Below, piece after piece: positions 54,915 through 57,050 of a stretch of 57,050 bases of DNA. How positions within the stretch are numbered: position 1 is the first letter of the stretch; the number at the start of each line of letters is the position of its first letter. The notes beneath the pieces are model-generated. The model ran no database searches, was not told the DNA's origin, and saw only the letters and a list, made by a program, of their open reading frames with translations. The stretch lies in the NCBI GenBank assembly GCA_013335095.1, contig JAAXWF010000002.1, positions 146,516 through 203,565 on the forward strand, written 5' to 3'. A program made the position numbers and the translations under genes. This DNA is from a candidate division WWE3 bacterium (GTDB lineage: Bacteria; Patescibacteriota; 4484-211; GCA-002791395).

Positions 54915-55280
54915 ATGCTTAAGGTGCCTTTAAAACCAACCACCATCGATGCGTACATCGCCGGATGCACTCCCGAAGCGCAAAAAATCTTAAAACACAT
55001 TCGCCAGATCGTACACCAAGAACAACCAGATGCGGTTGAATCAATTAGTTATCAAATGCCGGCGTTTAAATTACATAACAAACCGTTAATCTATTTCGCC
55101 GCGTTTACTCATCATATCGGCGTATATCCAACACCAGGACCGATTGAAGAACTATCCGATGAATTGAAACAGTATCAAACCGGAAAGGGAACCTTACAAT
55201 TTCCTCTCGATCAACCGATTCCATACGACGTAATTAAAAAACTGATTACGTATCGCGCTACAAAAATTAATACTAAATAA
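54915..55280 (+). CDS. DUF1801 (YdhG-like) domain protein.
   Basis: The stretch IDAYIAGCTPEAQKILKHIRQIV...ESISYQMPAFKLHNKPLIYFAAFTHHIGVYP matches the DUF1801 pattern. Confidence 0.7.
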   Translation: MLKVPLKPTTIDAYIAGCTPEAQKILKHIRQIVHQEQPDAVESISYQMPAFKLHNKPLIYFAAFTHHIGVYPTPGPIEELSDELKQYQTGKGTLQFPLDQPIPYDVIKKLITYRATKINTK

Positions 55281-55288
55281 AACGCATC

Positions 55289-55789
55289 ATGCCCTCACAA
55301 CTTACATTCAAAGGAATACAATCAATTCAACCGGGTACGCTATTCACCTTACTTATTGATAGCTACCAACGACTACTTATGGAGGATCGACAAAATGCAG
55401 AAAAATATGTTCAGCAATGGCACGAGACTGACTCAATTTCATTTACGAATCCAGATACGATCGGCAAGTATGTAGTAGTCAGTTTTATTGAGAATGAGCC
55501 AATTGGATTTATTACCTATGATCCACGTAATTTTCCTGAATATGGAATAATTGGTCAAAATTGTATTATTCCCGAATACAAGGGAAACGGGTATGGCACA
55601 CAACAGCTTGAATACGTTCTCTCTTTGTTTTCTCAAGCGGGATGTACCAGTGCTCGTGTATCAACGGGGAGCATCGATTTTTTTAAACCAGCACAAAAAA
55701 TGTACCAGAACGCAGGATTTAAGTTAGTCGATCAAAAGGTTAACGAAATTTGGGGACACCCCGAACTATTTTATGAAAAGATACTTTAA
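55289..55789 (+). CDS. GNAT-family N-acetyltransferase.
   Basis: The CoA-binding region reads YKGNGYGTQQLEYVL, and the GNAT C-terminal motif reads YQNAGFKLV. Confidence 0.7.
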   Translation: MPSQLTFKGIQSIQPGTLFTLLIDSYQRLLMEDRQNAEKYVQQWHETDSISFTNPDTIGKYVVVSFIENEPIGFITYDPRNFPEYGIIGQNCIIPEYKGNGYGTQQLEYVLSLFSQAGCTSARVSTGSIDFFKPAQKMYQNAGFKLVDQKVNEIWGHPELFYEKIL

Positions 55790-55813
55790 CCTAAATACCA
55801 TACAATTACGCTC

Positions 55814-56398
55814 ATGATAATAACACCACCGCCATCGCAACAACCACTTCCGCCACAGGCAAAAAAAGTATTTAGCGGAATCATGTTTGACGTATATCAA
55901 TGGGAACAACCCCAGTTCGATGGATCAATCAAAGTCTTTGAAAAGATAAAACGGCCCGATACTGTCGTAGTGTTTCCGGTTATGGCGGATGGGAAGATCA
56001 TGCTAACTCGTCAGCGTCAGCCGGGTAAGCAAGAATACATTGCGGGAGTCGGTGGGCGAGTAGATGCGGGAGAAGATATTTTACAAGCAGTAAAACGAGA
56101 GCTCTTAGAAGAAACAGGATATAGTGCCGATACGTTTACGTTATGGAATGCACAACAACCGTTTTCAAAAATTGAATGGTCGGTATACACATTTATCGCT
56201 AAAAATCTAACGAAGATTGCCGAGCCGACGCTCGATCCGGGGGAAGACATAACCATCATGCCGGTATCATTCGATGAATTTATAACCATAGCCACCCAAC
56301 CAGACTTTTCCGAAAAAGAGATCGTACCATTACTATACGAAGCGAGATTGAACGAATCAGCATATGCATCATTAAAACAGTTATTTGCACCGGCCTGA
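55814..56398 (+). CDS. NUDIX hydrolase.
   Basis: The NUDIX box reads GGRVDAGEDILQAVKRELLEETGY. Confidence 0.85.
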   Translation: MIITPPPSQQPLPPQAKKVFSGIMFDVYQWEQPQFDGSIKVFEKIKRPDTVVVFPVMADGKIMLTRQRQPGKQEYIAGVGGRVDAGEDILQAVKRELLEETGYSADTFTLWNAQQPFSKIEWSVYTFIAKNLTKIAEPTLDPGEDITIMPVSFDEFITIATQPDFSEKEIVPLLYEARLNESAYASLKQLFAPA

Positions 56399-56446
56399 TG
56401 CGGATTGTGCATTGCTATTACCGATACGCAGCATTACAATAGCGCT

Positions 56447-57050
56447 ATGAACAGCCATCGCAAAATAACTAAAGCCGTGATTGCCGCAGCTGGCTACGGT
56501 ACCCGATTTCTTCCTGCAACCAAAAACCAACCCAAAGAAATGCTTCCGATTATCGATAAGCCGATTATTCATTATCTGGTAGAAGAAGCCGTCGCATCAG
56601 GGATTACCGATATTATTTTAGTAACACGAGCAGGTCAAAATATTATGGAGGATTATTTTGATAATCACTTGGAACTAGAATATTCGTTGGCGGGCAGCGG
56701 AAAAGAAGATAAGCTCGAAATGATTCGTAATATTCCACAGATGGCCAATTTCATTTATGTTCGACAACGCAAGCATTTACCATACGGTAACGGCACGCCA
56801 CTGTTAGTTGCACAAAATTTAATTGATGATGATGAAGCATTTGTATATATGTTTGGCGATGATATGACTCTTTCAAATACACCTGTCACGAAACAATTAA
56901 TTGACGTGTACGAAAAAGAACATCCGACCGCAGTGATTGGGGTACAAGATGTATCACCCGAAGTCGTAAGTCGTTATGGTGTGGTGAAATATAAAGAGGG
57001 GAGCACTAACTTTGAGATTGAGAAGCTGGTAGAAAAACCTAAAATCGACG
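56447..57050 (+). CDS. galU: UTP--glucose-1-phosphate uridylyltransferase. Only the N-terminal ~201 codons are present; the gene continues past the window end.
   Basis: My own translation gives MNSHRKITKAVIAAAGYGTRFLPATKNQPKEMLPIIDKPIIHYLVEEAVASGITDIILVT...LPYGNGTPL...FGDD...YGVV...EKPK. These are canonical GalU motifs. The ORF track misses it because no stop codon falls inside the window. Confidence 0.85.
   Translation, partial: MNSHRKITKAVIAAAGYGTRFLPATKNQPKEMLPIIDKPIIHYLVEEAVASGITDIILVTRAGQNIMEDYFDNHLELEYSLAGSGKEDKLEMIRNIPQMANFIYVRQRKHLPYGNGTPLLVAQNLIDDDEAFVYMFGDDMTLSNTPVTKQLIDVYEKEHPTAVIGVQDVSPEVVSRYGVVKYKEGSTNFEIEKLVEKPKID

Overview
This is a 57-kb chromosomal segment from a low-GC bacterium. 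Hand counts of single 60-nt lines give about 33-35% G+C in most genes. Genes are tightly packed, and many lack a Shine-Dalgarno (SD) sequence or look leaderless. The content suggests an uncultivated, possibly Patescibacteria/CPR-like organism, but that is inference only. TGA is used as a stop codon, so the standard code 11 applies.

The window has four main parts:
1. A cell-surface enzyme cluster at 0.7-25 kb. It holds one cohesin+dockerin protein and five dockerin-bearing secreted proteins: an FG-GAP giant, two beta-helix lyase-like proteins, a polysaccharide deacetylase and an SGNH esterase. Housekeeping genes sit among them: an Fbp/Thi-type ABC importer, mraY, a GNAT gene and an M42-like peptidase.
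2. A DNA-repair pair (endonuclease Q plus a short UvrD-like helicase).
3. Signalling genes: two two-component pairs and one orphan kinase. Also SulP, rsmI, four tRNAs (Arg-TCT, Leu-GAG, Lys-CTT, Gly-GCC) and a single-gene Shedu (DUF4263) defence locus next to tRNA-Leu.
4. A run of small accessory genes after tRNA-Gly: AlkZ-like glycosylase, ClbS/DfsB, a nucleotidyltransferase, DUF1801, GNAT, NUDIX, and the start of galU.

At least six short G+C-rich islands (about 50-65% by hand count) interrupt the low-GC background. They encode an SPFH protein, a TraB/GumN-like protein, an actinobacterial-type UPF0182 membrane protein and several orphan proteins. Each island gene has a strong SD, and the seven whose 3' ends lie in the window also have a GC-rich intrinsic terminator.

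I found no CRISPR array, rRNA, transposase, integrase or reverse transcriptase. The items most worth follow-up are:
- the GC-island mosaic;
- a roughly 240-nt multi-hairpin leader RNA next to tRNA-Arg;
- the att-like repeat bracketing the Shedu gene;
- a conserved post-TM leader motif shared by four dockerin proteins.
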